The notes beneath the pieces are model-generated. The model searched no databases. It was not told the origin of the DNA and worked only from the letters and a program-made list of their open reading frames with translations. Positions 31,859 through 45,100 of a stretch of DNA of 64,000 nt are shown one piece after another. The DNA is from Phoronis australis (taxonomy: Eukaryota; Animalia; Phoronida). Both the position numbers and the translations under genes were made by a program. The stretch lies in assembly GCA_002633005.1 (NCBI GenBank), contig NMRA01000194.1, positions 144,458-208,457 of the forward strand, read 5' to 3'. How positions within the stretch are numbered: position 1 is the stretch's first letter; the number at the start of each line of letters is the position of its first letter.

Positions 31859-34800
31859 CTCACTGAAACAGGACGGAAGCGCCAATTGATTCCTTGGTTA
31901 GGGGCTCTTCCGAGAGCAGTAAAGGATAAAAATAAAATAAAACACAGGAAACTATTGGGAAAGGAACAACGGGCCCCCTCTAAGTTCTAGACAACTAAAT
32001 ATGAAAGCGTACTGATGTAATTTCAAAAACAAGAAATGAGCAGCAATTGATACTATCGTCAAAACCCTTCGCCGTCTATGGTTGGCACAGTCCTACATAA
32101 TTCCGATTTATGTCTGATATCAATCCGAATTACCAAGGTACACTTTGAAAGGTTGAGCGTCATTTGAGTAAACTGGAGGTTGTTAAGTTGAAAGAATTTT
32201 ATTAAATCCGTCATTTACTGTGTGGAATATGTAGACCGTTCCCGAGGGAGGTTTGGGGGCAGCTAACGTGTTAACGTGAATTCTAGTTAATGGGTTAAAG
32301 ACAAAGACCACAGTTTGAGTGGCTGATTGTCACGTTATCACAGGTCTAGGTCAATGAAAGCCCTTGTTTGCACCCGGTCTCAAGACATCTGTAAAAAGAC
32401 ATAAGTGACATAAATCACTCTCGATGGAGTTTTTTCAAATTTGAAGAAATTAAACATAGTCATGTCTTTTTGCTTCCAACGGAAAAAAAGATGCCAAACA
32501 TTAACAAAAATGCGATTTTGGCCTTTTTCTACCTAAAATTACGAAGTCACGACTGTAACGGTGAACGGGAAGAGGCAAGAATCTAAATGCTCTTGCCCTC
32601 TAGATTCCAGAAATTTAGGTTACAACGTGAAATTACCAACAATATTTTTGCCACATTCTACTTGTCTAAAGGGTACCTGTATTCGTGCCAAAAATTCCCC
32701 ACTGAACAAGGATGTGGTTTAAAAATGCCTGGTTGATAAGAGCAGAGGCCAAATTTATGGACTTCATTTACTTAAAACAACTTCAAAGATCTGATGAATA
32801 TTATTAGTGGCAATCACTTTCAATTTAGTCCACAAAAGTGACGTCAAACCTGGACCACTCCATCTCCTTCATTTTTCGGGGGAGGGGCTACACGCCAAAA
32901 AGATGTCAGAAATTGTTGTTTTCGATAGCTAGTACATGTTCTTTGAGCACCTTAACCCGTTAAATACGTGCACTGTACACCGCCATAAAAATTAATCATG
33001 CCTCCGACAATCAACTCGACATGAGCGAATCTCTTACGGACAGCTGATCTCTCTACATGAACAGTGATTTCCTAATGGCCATCTTCAAAAGAACTACTAT
33101 TCACACAGGATTCTTAGGAAAACATTATCAGCTTTTTAACATTATTGCATAGTGCTCACTTCGATCAAAGGTAAAATCATTAGAGTGACAGATAACTCCA
33201 TAATCGGGTAACGATCCTAGAGCTGGCCTTTTTTGACCACCCACCAAGGAATATCCTGCCCAATTTGTGAAATAGAGGGCATGAGTTGTTAGTTGATACC
33301 TGCCTCCCGTTCAGTAACGCTAGGACCTCGCTAAAAAGTAAGGCTTCGCGAGATTACGTGAGATATTGCCATGCATTCCAAATGAGAAAACGTGACTTTG
33401 ACTAGGTTTTTATCTTTCAGGATTGACGTCATTGATGCATTGGCAGCTTATAGAAGGAGGATTGCTTGAAACCGTCATAACAGGTAAAGCAAACACTAGC
33501 AGTTGAAAATGTTTTCTTAAAATCTGCGTCTTCTGTATGTTTCGTTGTGTCTTTTCTTTTCTCGCCTGTCCTGTTCCTAACCTGTCGACTGCGCGTTGAA
33601 TCAAAACACTCAATAGATGTCGCTAGCGAAAAGAGGATTGTAGCATCCCTTCACCGCTGGAATGTTTGTCTGAGATAAACATCAGTTGCATCAGGAAGGT
33701 TTTACACAGCTGGTGTTGTAAGGTGGTTAGGACCTGTGTACAGGAACGCCAGTACTTGACTTTCGTAAACAAAACTCTCAAATGCACCATGGGCAAAGAT
33801 ACTATATAAAATCTTTGCCATGGGTTGCAAACCAATTTAGATCTAGCGTGCCTGCAAGCATTATCGATTAACAGCACTTATAATTGGAATGCCAAATTCG
33901 TTGCAAGCATAAAGATCTGTTAAGAATGGTCATTAGAAGAAGAAAATCCTACCACAGTTAGTGTTTTTCTTATATAGCGAGGAGTTCAGCGTGACTCCAC
34001 TGACTATTCAATTAAAGTAGGTCAGCCCTGTACTCTTCCGCAGGTGCGGACGACATGGTATGTGTTATCTAACCAAAATAAAGAAAATAAGACAGATTGT
34101 TGATGATAACTTTTTAATTGCCATGTTCATATATTTTACACGACTTCACCTGAGAATTATTTTGTCATTGTTATCGAGCAAGGAATGGAGTGGGTGATAA
34201 ATCCGAACCTGCGGAGTGATTTTGATCATGATGGATTACGCCTAGTCAACCTCGTTGTCATCCCGCAACGACAATTACCATATTTTTGGCAATTGTTCAT
34301 AAAATTGTTGTTTGGCGTAAGGTTGTTAAATTTTGGATCAATATATCATCATGTCACTCAGTTATGTCTATGGAGATCGGTGTTCATGAAATTGAAGTTT
34401 TAGAGCGGGTTCAGTTGTGATCACAGGCGGCGCACCATATAGGGAGCTGAGGGCTATAAAGCCTCCACTTATTTCAGTGCTGCACCGCCCATTGACGTGG
34501 ACGGCTTACCAAAGGGGGCTGGAGGGGGCTATAACCCCACTTATTTCAGTGCTGCAACGCCCAGTACTCTAGTTGCAGACCCAATAGCCTCGATGGCGAA
34601 CCTTGCAGTGTTGGTTACAGTAATTTTTGTTGAAATGAAATGCCGTCAGGAGAACAAAATTAGTTTGGTTGCACGCTGTCAACATTTTTGCAATTCAAAA
34701 TAGAGGATGCCGCCATTTTGAATTTTGGCCCATTTTCTCATTTTCAACTTGATGACTTACGGGGTCGTGCAACACATCGTTAATACCATTTTCTGTGATG

Positions 34801-36438
34801 CTGAGTACACTGTTGATATTATTATATTGACGCAGGGTCATTCTCATCATGGTCAAACCAGAGGTCGTGTAAACCATAGACATCACAGTATTAAGATGTG
34901 TAAACTGCTCGACTCCCTTATGGTCATTTATTTTTTTCTGTAATCCACCTCTTATTTCACTGAGCACTTCAAGACATTTTCTTAAAACGGTGATTATGGA
35001 AGATTACAGTGCTTATGAGTCTCCAGTATAGTCAACGTCGTAAAGGCTTTGCCCACTGCTCTGCATACAGTTTCACCACAGCCGCGTTGCTTCTGAATTT
35101 CTGCTCCAGTGAGGACAAAATTTATGAAGACCTAATGGTGAATTATATTTTGAGCTTCCACATATCTAGGGCTCATTTTACAAATCACACGCCACTGGTC
35201 AAATCATCACTGCTAAAGTCAGTGGGTTATTAAAATATGGGGACATTACCTTTTCCTGTGTTTTTTATCAGCGGATCTAAATTCGCTATCATATATGTGA
35301 CCCGCGGGACCGTCAACATTTCAGTGAGACATTTGAAATTTGAATGCACCCAGGGTATGCAATATATAACGCATTGCAAAAATGAACCTTGCACATGAAT
35401 CGGTGTATGAATCGCGTACAGTTATACACACACAAACTGTATGGTTGAAATACCGATACGCGCCGGTTATGGGTCCTGGCCGATGTATTGTCGAAACCAC
35501 CAACAGTTAACAAATAATTGGGTTTAATTAACACCAAACACGAAAAACAATGTGCCAAGCACGTACGGCAGATTTTTCAAGACCGAATTACGAGTTTTTA
35601 AAAATTTTCCGCATGTGGAAAACCGTGAAATAACTTCAGCCAGAACGGACATCGAAAAAAATCCATTGCCAGCTCCTGGCAAACTAACTGAAAAACAACC
35701 AAGTTATTCCAGTTGTACATGAGAGGGGATGAATAACGTTACTTTTCATTACAAAGATAAAAAGAAAAAGTTCTATTTAGACCCGTGTCGTGGGACTTAT
35801 CTTATGGTGATTCAAGAAGTATCATGATGAGGGCCTCGAGTCGATCGGATTTGATTTTCTGCCCGTGTACATATCGTTCTTGTCCATGATAGCGCCGGAT
35901 GCCGCTCACTATTATCCAATATTAGTTGCTATTAACTCACCAGCTTAATTTGTGGACATAAATGCATTGTTCAATATCTATGAGGGTCGCTCAATATTGC
36001 GACTTCACTTTCGGAGTCCCGGCAGATTGATCTGAACAATGCCGCTCAATTACCTGGGTCCGAAATGTAATCTTTCTCGAAACGAACTCGAGATTACTTT
36101 TGGCAATTTCTCTACTACTTTTGTGCGATCTCAATATAAGTGGTTACTAGCTGTGCTCGAATACTTTATAGTTTACGCGGCACATGAGGCCTAGTCCAAG
36201 TTTCACGTCACGTGACGACCCCCGGCTTATAGTCGTGCAGCAAACTCGAGTAAAACTTCGTAATTTCGAGTTCAAACGTTAACTTATAGTATTAGCCTTA
36301 TATGTTGGGCTTATCAAATACAAACTAGGACTAAAACATTATCCAGATAAGTCATTACGTACTCGAGCATAGCGGCGCATAAGCGTCGGCCGGGCGGCGC
36401 ACACTCATGCAGCACTGAAAAAAGTGGGGGTACTATAG

Positions 36439-36478
<40 letters not shown>

Positions 36479-36799
36479 NCGCGGCCCATATTATCTTGAG
36501 ATCACACAAAATTAGAGTAGAACATGTTAAACATAATTTCGAGTTATATTTCGAGTAACACGGATTAGAACCCGGGCCCAAGTGCAGCTCGGTGATCTGA
36601 ATAAATATCATGAATCAGTAAAACAGCACAAGAATGTGCGATGCCTTCATCTTGAAGTTAAAAAAGATCAAGGTTGCACAGAGTGCAATCAAGTTAATTT
36701 TGTTCTCTTAACCAAGTAATAACAAATTTCCAAAAGAAAACCTTACACTAAACAACATTGCAGAGACAACTTTGGCACCTGCAGTGTTACACCACTTGT

Positions 36800-36978
36800 C
36801 AGCCTTTGTGACGTTGCTTGGCTCAGCGCATGCGCAGCTCGCAGCGGATGTTTCCTGTTACTGAAATCACCCGCTAAGGTTGGTTTCCTGAAATCGTCGA
36901 TTGTTGTCTTATAATCTACGCACAGGTAAATAAAATTTTGGCAACTTCCTGTGAAGTTCTAAATTTTATGAGGTAAGC
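36800..36978 (+). promoter_or_regulatory. Candidate GPD2 promoter and non-coding first exon
   Basis: NRF1-type palindrome GCGCATGCGC at 36826-36835, CRE-like GTGACGT and ETS-like TTCCTG motifs, then donor-like AG|GTAAAT (~36926) and AG|GTAAGC (~36973). The link to GPD2 is inference. Confidence 0.45.
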
Positions 36979-37092
36979 ATGTTGAGATACCTGTCACATT
37001 GTGGATACAGTGAACTGGCGTTGACTTCACCAGTGTTCACTTCGGCCAAGCCAAGATCAGTCCAAAAGGGTTCTGCTAATGTTACGATAAAT

Positions 37093-37790
37093 GGCACTAG
37101 TCGGATATAATGGACCCTAACTTATTCCAAATAAATCCACTAAATATAGGTCTAAATCCATGATTTTGGTATCGTTGCATTCCTCAGACATCTGGCTATC
37201 CGCACAAATTCTTTTCACGACCCTCAATTACTCTAGTCTGTAACTATGCTATTCCGAACTCGGTCCACTTTAGCCACGCGCATCGTTAAAGCGGCAGCCA
37301 TTTCAGGGAACATACTATATCTAGCGCCATCAATCGGCGATTTGCTACAACACGCGTTGTTCCTTTTTCATCAATCAACATGGACGACGATAACATGACG
37401 ATGACAGATACGATCGTGAGAGAGACGACAAAGGTGATGACGAGAGCAGACGTACGATGATTAATAACGATGACGTTAATAATTGACGAAATTGACCAAT
37501 GACGTTGACCGATGAAAAAGGAACAGCGCGTGTTGTAGCAAATCGCCGATAGATGGCGCTAGATATAGTAAGTTCCCTGAAATGGCTGCCGATTTCACGA
37601 TGCGCGTGACTAAAGTGGACCGAGTTCGGAATAGCATAGTTATAGACTTGAGTAGTTTAGGGTCATGAAAAGGATTTTTACGGATAGCCAGATGTCTGAG
37701 GAATGCAACGATACCAAAATCATTCATTTAGTCCAATATTTAGTGGATTTATTTGGAATAAGTTAGGGTCCATTATATCCGACTAGTGCC
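37093..37790. mobile_element. Foldback-type MITE with ~285-bp TIRs and 8-bp TSD (Merlin-like termini)
   Basis: GGCACTAGTCGG...CCGACTAGTGCC long inverted arms; CGATAAAT duplicated at 37085-37092 and 37791-37798. Confidence 0.92.
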
Positions 37791-38716
37791 CGATAAATAA
37801 CACTAGATTCACATGAGTGGCGAAAATGCTTGTAGTTTCTGTGGCTAGCCAATCTTATGAGCCGTGTGCCGCAAAGGGGTCATTTTCGCCAGTAGTGGGC
37901 GACGACATAGCTTTGGCACAAAGCTGTATATATACTAAAATTGTAGCTTTGCACCGATGTGGGTAAAAAGGTGGTAAGATAAAGTCTGACTCAAAATTAG
38001 TGTCATTTAAAACTACAGTCTACCTTGAGTAAACTAAATTATTTAACTGTGTTGGAACAAATGGCGTTCTACCGTTATTCTGCTGCTAAAGTTGTGGAGC
38101 GATCTGCGTCAGCTTTCGGCGCCATGAAATATTATTACGTCACCTATTGGCCAGTTTCTTTTTTCGCCGATTCTTCAATCAGCTGTTGTTCTTTCACGAT
38201 GTTGCGTACACGTCACAACTACATTATAAGTTTTTAGAATTTCGATACTGAATTTCAGAACAAATTTTGCTGCCGCGAAGTTGTCGCAAAAATTTAGGAA
38301 GTGGCGTGCGCGTGACACGAGCGTACTGTTTTCAAAACGACGACATACTTTTCATTGTTAGAACAGGCGGAGAGTTACGCAAGGAAATGACGTTTATTGC
38401 AATTGTTTTTCACTTAAATGGCTGTAACGGGCAAGGTGAGTGTTGGTTGATTCTCAGATTTTGCTTGCACCCCGTCCGGTCTTTAGCTTTACATGTTGAT
38501 ACAAGTTTCACAGCGATGTGACGAGCAGAGCTACCCTGGCCGTGTGCAATTTTGGGGTCTACGGAAGAAATACACACAGTGGTACCTAGCTGTATTTTGA
38601 CAACAGTCTTCATACAGCTAGCTGGCTGGCTAGCGATGACACACCCTAAGAGGCTAAGTTAGACATAGACAATGACCGTCGTCTCTAGCTCCTGAGTATA
38701 GACAAGGAAGCTCCTA

Positions 38717-39161
38717 TAGGCGCTTCATACACCAGAAGCTTTTCGGCGAATTATGTCTCACACTGATTAAAACATCAAAGTCTCGTTGTTATAAATACCT
38801 TTTGCTCATGGAGGGACACCTTATTAGGCCGTCGATGTATTTAATTGCTTCCAACTCGGAGAAATACTCCTGTTATCAATTTTTTTCTTCGAGTAGTCCC
38901 TCGTTCAGTTCCCAAAACCATAAACTGGCCATTTTTACACAGCGTATGCCAGGGGATATGACGTCATACCTCGTGCTGCGTGCAATTGTTAAAAATGGCC
39001 CGTTTCCAATTTTGGGAGTGTTTGTGCGAGTTGGAAGGAATTAAAGACATCGACCGCCTCCTAAGGTGTCCCACTATGCGCAAAAGGTACTTAAAACAAC
39101 GTGACTTTGATGTTTCAATCAGTGTAATTCGCCGAAAAGCTTCCAACGTATGAAGCTCCTA
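38717..39161. mobile_element. MITE with ~150-bp imperfect TIRs
   Basis: taggcgcttcatac..gaagcttttcggcgaatt / aattcgccgaaaagcttc..gtatgaagctccta; a further partial arm lies at ~39205-39340. Confidence 0.75.
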
Positions 39162-40159
39162 ACCCTAAGTTGGCTTGTAGGCCGGAATCTTTGCGGCAAA
39201 CAATATGCCTCACACTGACTAAACCATCAAAGTCACTTTACTGTAACAAGTATAAGTACTTTTTGAGCGTGGAGGGACACCTTAGGAGGCCGTCGATATC
39301 TTTTATTCCACCCAACCGGAACAAATACTCCTGCATTCAACATTTCTTTGTGTACTGTCCTTTGTTCTTCTTCTTCTCGTTGGTCAAGTGGTCAAGTATA
39401 TGGACCATGATAATGACGTATGTGCGTTGCACTGCCGTTGCGGGCCGTTTTGTATCCGAGTTTCCCTCTCGTAGAGAATCTGCTTTCCATTGCTTAGGAG
39501 CATCCTCTGCTCCTGATTTTCTTACTCCTAGACAAACTGCCTTCCAAGGCTAAAGAGCTCCATCTACCTGGGTTTGGAATCAGAGTTTTCTATTCTCCTA
39601 GGTTGAGTTGGTTCATGGCACCTTATTCCATATTATTCGGTGCAAACCCCATCTAGAAGGACTCCCCCATCCACCACCCAGGGGATGTGCCTCTACACTA
39701 TACAACCACAGCGTGAGGGTCATTTGTTCTATTACCGATAACAGGAAGTGATCCATTTCTGTTTTGATTGCATAATGGCTGTGGCACACAAATTTTTAAG
39801 TCACATTGAGGTCAAACTCCATGACTTCAGGCATATGTCAGTCACTAATATGCTGCATTGGTAGAACATGGACATTCGAGGGGCACCTTTGGAGTTCGTA
39901 GGTGTCCTTAAATCTCTCTTACTTGAACGAGTACTCCATTTATATGAATTTCTTTCTAATATGTCCCTTCATGTCAACGAAATTGTAAACTGAATACAGT
40001 GAAACCACCATTTCCTCAGATGCAAGTAAAACCCAGTATTGTCATGTTTCTATTTTTAATAGTTCACAGGATCATTAAAATGTTCAACCTTTCATCACGT
40101 GTTGATGACAACTGTGCAATATTATTCTGGAAATGATGAAGTGAAGTTTTCTTAAGTTT

Positions 40160-41000
40160 ATTACTTGGCGAAATTTTATTTCGCCAAGTATGTTGCTCTT
40201 CCACTAAGTTTTTTTTTCTTTTTTTTTGTTTGTTCGCACGATACAGGTCGCAATTTTCGTCCGATCATCACGAAATTTACACATAACACGTACTTCCGGA
40301 AGTACTGGAAGCCTATTGTTTTTTGTCAAAATCGGATCCAAGATGGCGGCTGTGGCGGCCATTTTGTTTCCATTTGAAGGTTCAAATGCTTCTGGAGGCT
40401 ACAATTTTTTACGTAAAAGGCTAACAATCGGCACAGTAAATGGACCGGAAGTTTGCTACAAGTATACCGGAAATTGTTTACTTCCGGTTAAAGATGGCGG
40501 AAATATCGGCGATCGCGCATGCGCACCTCGATTTTGGCCTAAAAACGTTTTCTCCTGTAGAGGGCGCATTATAAGACCAATTCCTTCGAATTTTTACATG
40601 TATTAGTTTCTTATAACATGCTATTATACAAAGGCAAAAAACCGGAAGTTGCTTTCAAGATGGCGGATCTGGCGCATGTTGACCCATTTTCAGTCGTTCT
40701 GGAGTGCGATTTTAAACGGGAAGAGAAAAAGACGTGATTTTTTGCATATGGATTCTTTGAAGTATAATCTTTCAAATGGCCAGTAACAATTTTTTTCTCA
40801 GACTTACCGTTTTCGAGTTATTTGACTTTGAATTTCTTAAAAAACGCAAAATTTCATTTTTTTCGAAAAATTACGGAATTAGGCGATACCATCAGTTTAG
40901 ATAGAATTTTGAACGGGCTTTCTGAAGACGTCTACTTTTTGAGTTATTAAAGATTTTCTGATAACGCTGTTCCTTTGTTGATCGCTCTTGTTTTAAAGTT
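40160..41000 (+). mobile_element. Helentron-associated (HINE-like) non-autonomous element; right end approximate
   Basis: 5' hairpin ACTTGGCGAAA-ttt-TATTTCGCCAAGT in a T-rich site, followed by a T/GTTT tract and repeated CAAGATGGCGG motifs. Confidence 0.5.
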
Positions 41001-42058
41001 GATTAAAATTTTCTTAAACGAAACTGTTACAATATATTCCAAATTGAAGAAACGTTGCTCAATGTTTTCCACAACCTGTTTATTGGAATTTTGCTGTGAC
41101 GAGTTGCAAAACTTAAGCAACGACTTTGAAGTACAAGGAGATTAGTCATTTTTTTGGACTTTTGGTAGCAGTTTAATGCATTTATTTCAGGGTACCACAG
41201 AATCATACGCACAAGCATCGCGTCTTATGCACGAACCTATGAATGATGCATATGAACCCAAAAATCACGTATTCGATAAAAAATCACATATTCGATCAAA
41301 AATCATGCACACAGACAACAAAAATCGTACATACAAACACAAAGGCATACAGCCAAGAATCGATGCCAATGATTTGTGTTCGTTTACTACAGAATAGTAT
41401 GGAACTTTCTAGTAGACTGAGTTCAGTAGTGATGATGTAATTTGTTTACTGCAGTATAGTGTGGAACTTTCTAGAAGACTTTAGCATGACAGTGATTAAT
41501 GCTGTCTGGAATATTCTAGAGACTAGTATATGTTTGTAGATTGGGTAGATTCAGGAAAGTTCTAGAATGTGCTTGGATTGATGTAAAGTTCCAGAACAAT
41601 GCATTAGGCTCTAAATACACTAGCACAGGTCTGTGTTAGATGAGATCAAGTCAGTTCAAGAAAGTTTATCAGGAGAATTACAGTTTAGTTGCAGTGAAGA
41701 GAATCAGCAGTTACAGCGAGAGCCAGCTATAGAGACAGCAGGTTATTGAATCAACGAGTGTAACAGTTGCTGGAAGTGTCTCAGAAGTTCATCACAAGTC
41801 AAGGCTTTGCAGCACTGCTCTTGTTTACTGATTGGACGGTAATTTTTGGGCCTATGAAGGGAATTTCCCATGATTTTATAATGTTTTTTAAGAGGTGAGT
41901 GAGGACGACATTCAGGCCCCAAAATCAAGGCATGGAGGCCCTGATCATTTGTGTTGCAACTTTGTTTCTGTTTTAACGTAAGTTGGTCAATTTCAGATTT
42001 TGCGACTGCCTATTCTGATGGACATTTGGACTAGGAGGTGACTGGTGAAGCTGTGATC

Positions 42059-42157
42059 ATGTCTAGAAGATTACTGTATGCAGGGCTGGCGGCAGGGGGT
42101 GGGGCTGGCTTCCTCACATTAGTGTTGCCAACCTGGCAGGAAACTTACAACACACGG
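42059..42157 (+). CDS. GPD2: GPD2 first coding exon (N-terminal targeting/hydrophobic segment)
   Basis: ATG 42059, MSRRLLYAGLAAGGGAGFLTLV...; acceptor TTTCAG at 41996; donor GTGAGT; phase 0 fits the next exon. Confidence 0.75.
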
Positions 42158-45100
42158 GTGAGTGGTCTACGGTGTAGAAGGCTTCTGAGTATTCAATAAA
42201 CAGTTCAAAGTCAAGTTAAATTTGGCCTTGTGGGAATTTTCCCCTCAACCAAAAAAATTCTCCCAGACAGCATGGGCAGCTCTCCTCTCAATTAGTGGGT
42301 GGCTCCGAAATGTATACCTCCTGTGTCTACTGTTATTTTCTTGGAATTCAGCACTTTCTGAGGTAAAGTGTGCAAAATTACAGAAAAGACAACCTTTGTT
42401 GTTTGGCAAATATGGATTTGAACATGTTTTGGATCAAGCAAGATACTGAAGAAAATAACAAAACATTTTTGTGACTTGTGTAGTTGACACAGTTATTGTA
42501 TGCAGTACTGATGAACTGTAAGGTTATGAAGGACTTAAGAAGAATGAGATAAAATTTGTCTTGTTATCAACACTATTCTTTTGCTATGAGTACACCTTTT
42601 TTTAAATTTTACTAAAGAAATGATTACCAGGTGATATGAGTGATTGCAGTTTGGTATGAAGTAAGAGCTACAGGCCTTCTGCTTTCAGAAATTCTTAACT
42701 TCGTACCAATCGTGCATCAATTGGGTCATATGACCTTGTTTTTTAGTAAAATTTAGTAAAAGATATACTATTGGTACATTCATAGCAAAACGACAGTAAT
42801 AGTAGCATGTCCATTTGATATAAATGTTTAATATAAATTCTCAAAAAGGCTGTTACAGTTTTCTAATTGATCATTTTGTTTTTGTTTTTGTTTTACTCAA
42901 CTTTTGACTTATTTCAGAAAAAGCATAAAAATCATATTTTTGATAACCACTCATGTAAAACATGGCATTTTTTTAAACACTTCCTAGCACGGCTTTGGGG
43001 AATAGTGCATAAAACATAATATCTGAAGGTTTCAGCCATTTCTCACGTACGACGTTTCGAAATGAGCCAAATTTAGACATTTGTTCTACGGCCCTATATA
43101 ACCTTTTAGAAGTTTTAAGTCACCTCTCATCAAAAAGACCCTTGGCGTTTATTCTCTCCCTTTTCCACCATTTTTAGAAGCGGCTGGCTATTCATGCTCA
43201 AGCTGCGGAAGAACAGAAGAGTTGGTCCATGCGCCCCCTACCAACTCGCCAGCAACAGATTGATGCCTTAAAAACAGAAGAGTACGATATCCTAGTCATA
43301 GGGGGAGGCTGTACTGGGTCAGGAGTGGTCCTCGACTCTGTTAGCAGAGGTTAGATACACATTTAATATTACATTGGATCTTTTGTATTGGGCAACGCTG
43401 AATCTCACGTTATCTCATCTGCTGAGAAGCTGGCCGTCAATGGACAGAGGTTCTTGTTGTTGAGAATTCTTTATTAAGGTTATGTATACCCCTAATTAAA
43501 ACGTCATCTTTGTCCTGAAATGTCAAACTAGTGAGTGTCAGCCTATATTTTATGAAAGTAGGAGTTGTGATGAATCAATTCATGTCATTCACAACACTGG
43601 AGACATGATCATGCATTTTTTTTAAATGTTTATTGGAAAAAACGTTCCATTGACATTTATGAAAGTTTGTTTTAAAATTTTGATAAAAATGCAAAAAAAC
43701 TGTGTCTGGGATTTTTATCTCATTCTTGAGCACTTTTCTAAAAGTAATGCATCTCTTAATTTTAAATCAAACATTAAAAAATAATAACTCTATTAAAAAA
43801 TCTGAGACACAATTTTGACACAGGTCACACTGGCAGAAAATTCAAACATGGTTAAAATCAACAAACTCTTTTAGATATCATGCCCCAAAGTTTGTCTAAC
43901 AGCAATTGTTGAAATGCAGAATTTTGTGTCAGAAACTCGGTTTTGTTCTTGATTTTTGTTCTAAACTATGTTTGACAGTCGTGGCCATTAATTTAATGTG
44001 TTCAATTTTTTTGTTTAATTTGTTTTCAAAGATAACAGAAAATTATCAAAAGTCATTGAAATTTGAAGCACGTTTGTTGTCCAATGCTGATCACTGTGGT
44101 TGGAGTTATATCTAGGTCTGCAGGTTACTTTCGAGTGATTCACAGACAATGTGGGTTTTTATTGTGAAATCAGTGGTGTGAAAATACATAGAAATTCTTG
44201 CCGAGAGTGGTGTGATGAAGTATTAGAACTAGGGCAGGATTTATTGCAAATTTATGACATTTTAGTGAATTCATGGTGGGTTTCTATGTCGGGTTATCCC
44301 GCATTGTGTTGGTGAACTTACAGGGGTTCAGCTCTTTGGGAGATTGAGTGGGTCTGGGGTGGGTACTCGAGTCTTGTGTCCTGTCTGCTTACTCGCGAAC
44401 TTCATCTTCATTGCTGATAACAATTTTTCTACACAATCTGACTTTAACGCGGGATGACCAAGAATAGAAGTTTCAAAACTTCAAAATGATACTATAGATA
44501 GCCGATTCACTTGCCGGAGTGGGTGGGTTGACAAACAATGGGCTTTGCATTGTGGGTAAACTTTGGCATGAGATTTGACTTGATTTATTGGTTGTGTGTA
44601 ACCAAACCGAGCATGTTCGTAGTAGCATTTCAAACCGTGATTATTTCACTACAAAACAACTATTTGTCTGTATGAAATTCAATTGAAATCCTTACATATT
44701 TAGCTCCATGCTAAATTAATATATTATTTTTAAAGTTGTTTTTTTCTGAAATCAAGTACCACATAAGCTTAAAGGGCTTTGATTTTAAATGATTGTGTTG
44801 CCTTGTCAATAATAATGATAATGCGATGCAAGTGTTTTTGGCTCATTTTATATGCAAAGATGAAAAAGCATAGTTCTTAGTAAGACTGACAGTTTGTTTA
44901 GTCAGTAAAGATTCGTGATAGTTTAAAATCAGTGATTATTTACCTACCGTATATGTTTGGGCCTACATATATTTTCGGCTAATACAGAGACTGCAACATT
45001 ACTATTAGTGTCGGTGTTCAGTATGACCATTATTAGACGTGTGAACTACGTTCATTCTCAGGCCTCAAGTCTGCAATGGTCGAAAAGTTTGACTTTGCTT

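Noticed and set aside
41370-41796. Possible solo LTR with repeated TTCTAGA motifs ending TCATCACA
   Set aside because: No clean TG start, TSD or second copy could be established.
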